From a virus, in the IMG/VR virus record IMGVR_UViG_3300008108_000337, positions 4,139 to 68,138 of that record: a stretch of 64,000 bases of DNA; one strand, 5' to 3'. Shown here piece after piece: positions 63,831-64,000 of this stretch (position 1 is its first letter; each line of letters opens with the position of its first letter). A model generated the notes under the pieces. The model saw nothing but the letters and a program-made list of their open reading frames with translations. It was not told the origin of the DNA and made no database searches. The position numbers were made by a program, and so were the translations under genes.

Positions 63831-64000
63831 TTTTGACCTTCCTTTTGTTTTTTAATCCGTGAAATTATTAGGAGAATTCCAATGTGGGTTGTTAGTAGGT
63901 CGGTTGTTCGGTCACCACTTAATAAAGGGTATTCATTAACCAACTTTTTAATAAAAATTCACATTATAGGTGAATTAATTATAAATAAATATATAATATG

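Larger units (their letters stand above)
6249..63987 (-). promoter_or_regulatory. recurrent putative late-promoter motif ATATTTATA (plus-strand TATAAATA)
   Basis: Plus-strand TATAAATA at 6249, 10755, 14319, 20544, 30179, 33175, 33522, 34855, 41006, 47922, 50332, 57968, 61014 and 63980, and the AATAAATA variant at 29152, 30778 and 58419. Each lies upstream of a minus-strand gene. The span given covers dispersed copies. Confidence 0.75.

Noticed and set aside
694-63855. Plus-strand ORFs in the supplied track (e.g. 694..1185, 27881..28300, 47018..47521)
   Set aside because: All are antisense shadows of well-supported minus-strand genes and lack recognisable motifs.
6249-63987. TATAAATA as T4-type late promoters driving plus-strand transcription
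   Set aside because: No credible plus-strand genes follow them, and their positions track minus-strand start codons. Antisense transcription cannot be fully excluded.
1-64000. tRNA/rRNA genes, integrase, transposase, or a host contractile injection system
   Set aside because: No cloverleaf or such enzyme motifs were recognised by eye (tRNAscan was not run). Capsid, scaffold and neck genes show this is a phage rather than an eCIS or tailocin.

Overview
This is a 64 kb AT-rich segment of a large contractile-tailed (T4-like/jumbo) phage genome. Every credible gene is on the minus strand and uses genetic code 11. In transcription order (right to left) it holds: scaffold and gp23-type major capsid protein; PKD and LRR accessory genes; a small early-gene island; neck, head-completion and tail-terminator genes; a ~21 kb block of Ser/Gly/Thr-rich fibre-like paralogues built from modules joined by a G[VI][VI]SGSSQ linker, closed by a glycosyltransferase and a Hint/FN3 protein; tail sheath, tube, a chaperone with a probable programmed frameshift, tape measure and baseplate genes; a 2OG-Fe(II) dioxygenase; small accessory genes; a compact family-A polymerase; an exported nuclease; a second fibre cluster; and gp32-like SSB and RecA/UvsX (truncated at the window edge). 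TTTG-N19/20-TAnnTTTG promoters point to a Bacteroidota host. The best candidates for undescribed biology are: (1) the modular SGSSQ fibre array, with identical DNA blocks shared between genes; (2) a run of mini-genes joined by a 21-bp motif (TTTAACACCAAAGAGAAATGA); (3) a recurrent ATATTTATA motif upstream of late genes, which is the T4 late promoter in reverse orientation; and (4) a +1/-2 frameshift on a U7 run in the tail chaperone. Five scars (three frame breaks in fibre genes, one 19-bp duplication, one in-frame fusion) may be real rearrangements or assembly errors. No tRNA, CRISPR array, integrase or reverse transcriptase was recognised. All assignments come from reading motifs by eye; no database searches were run.
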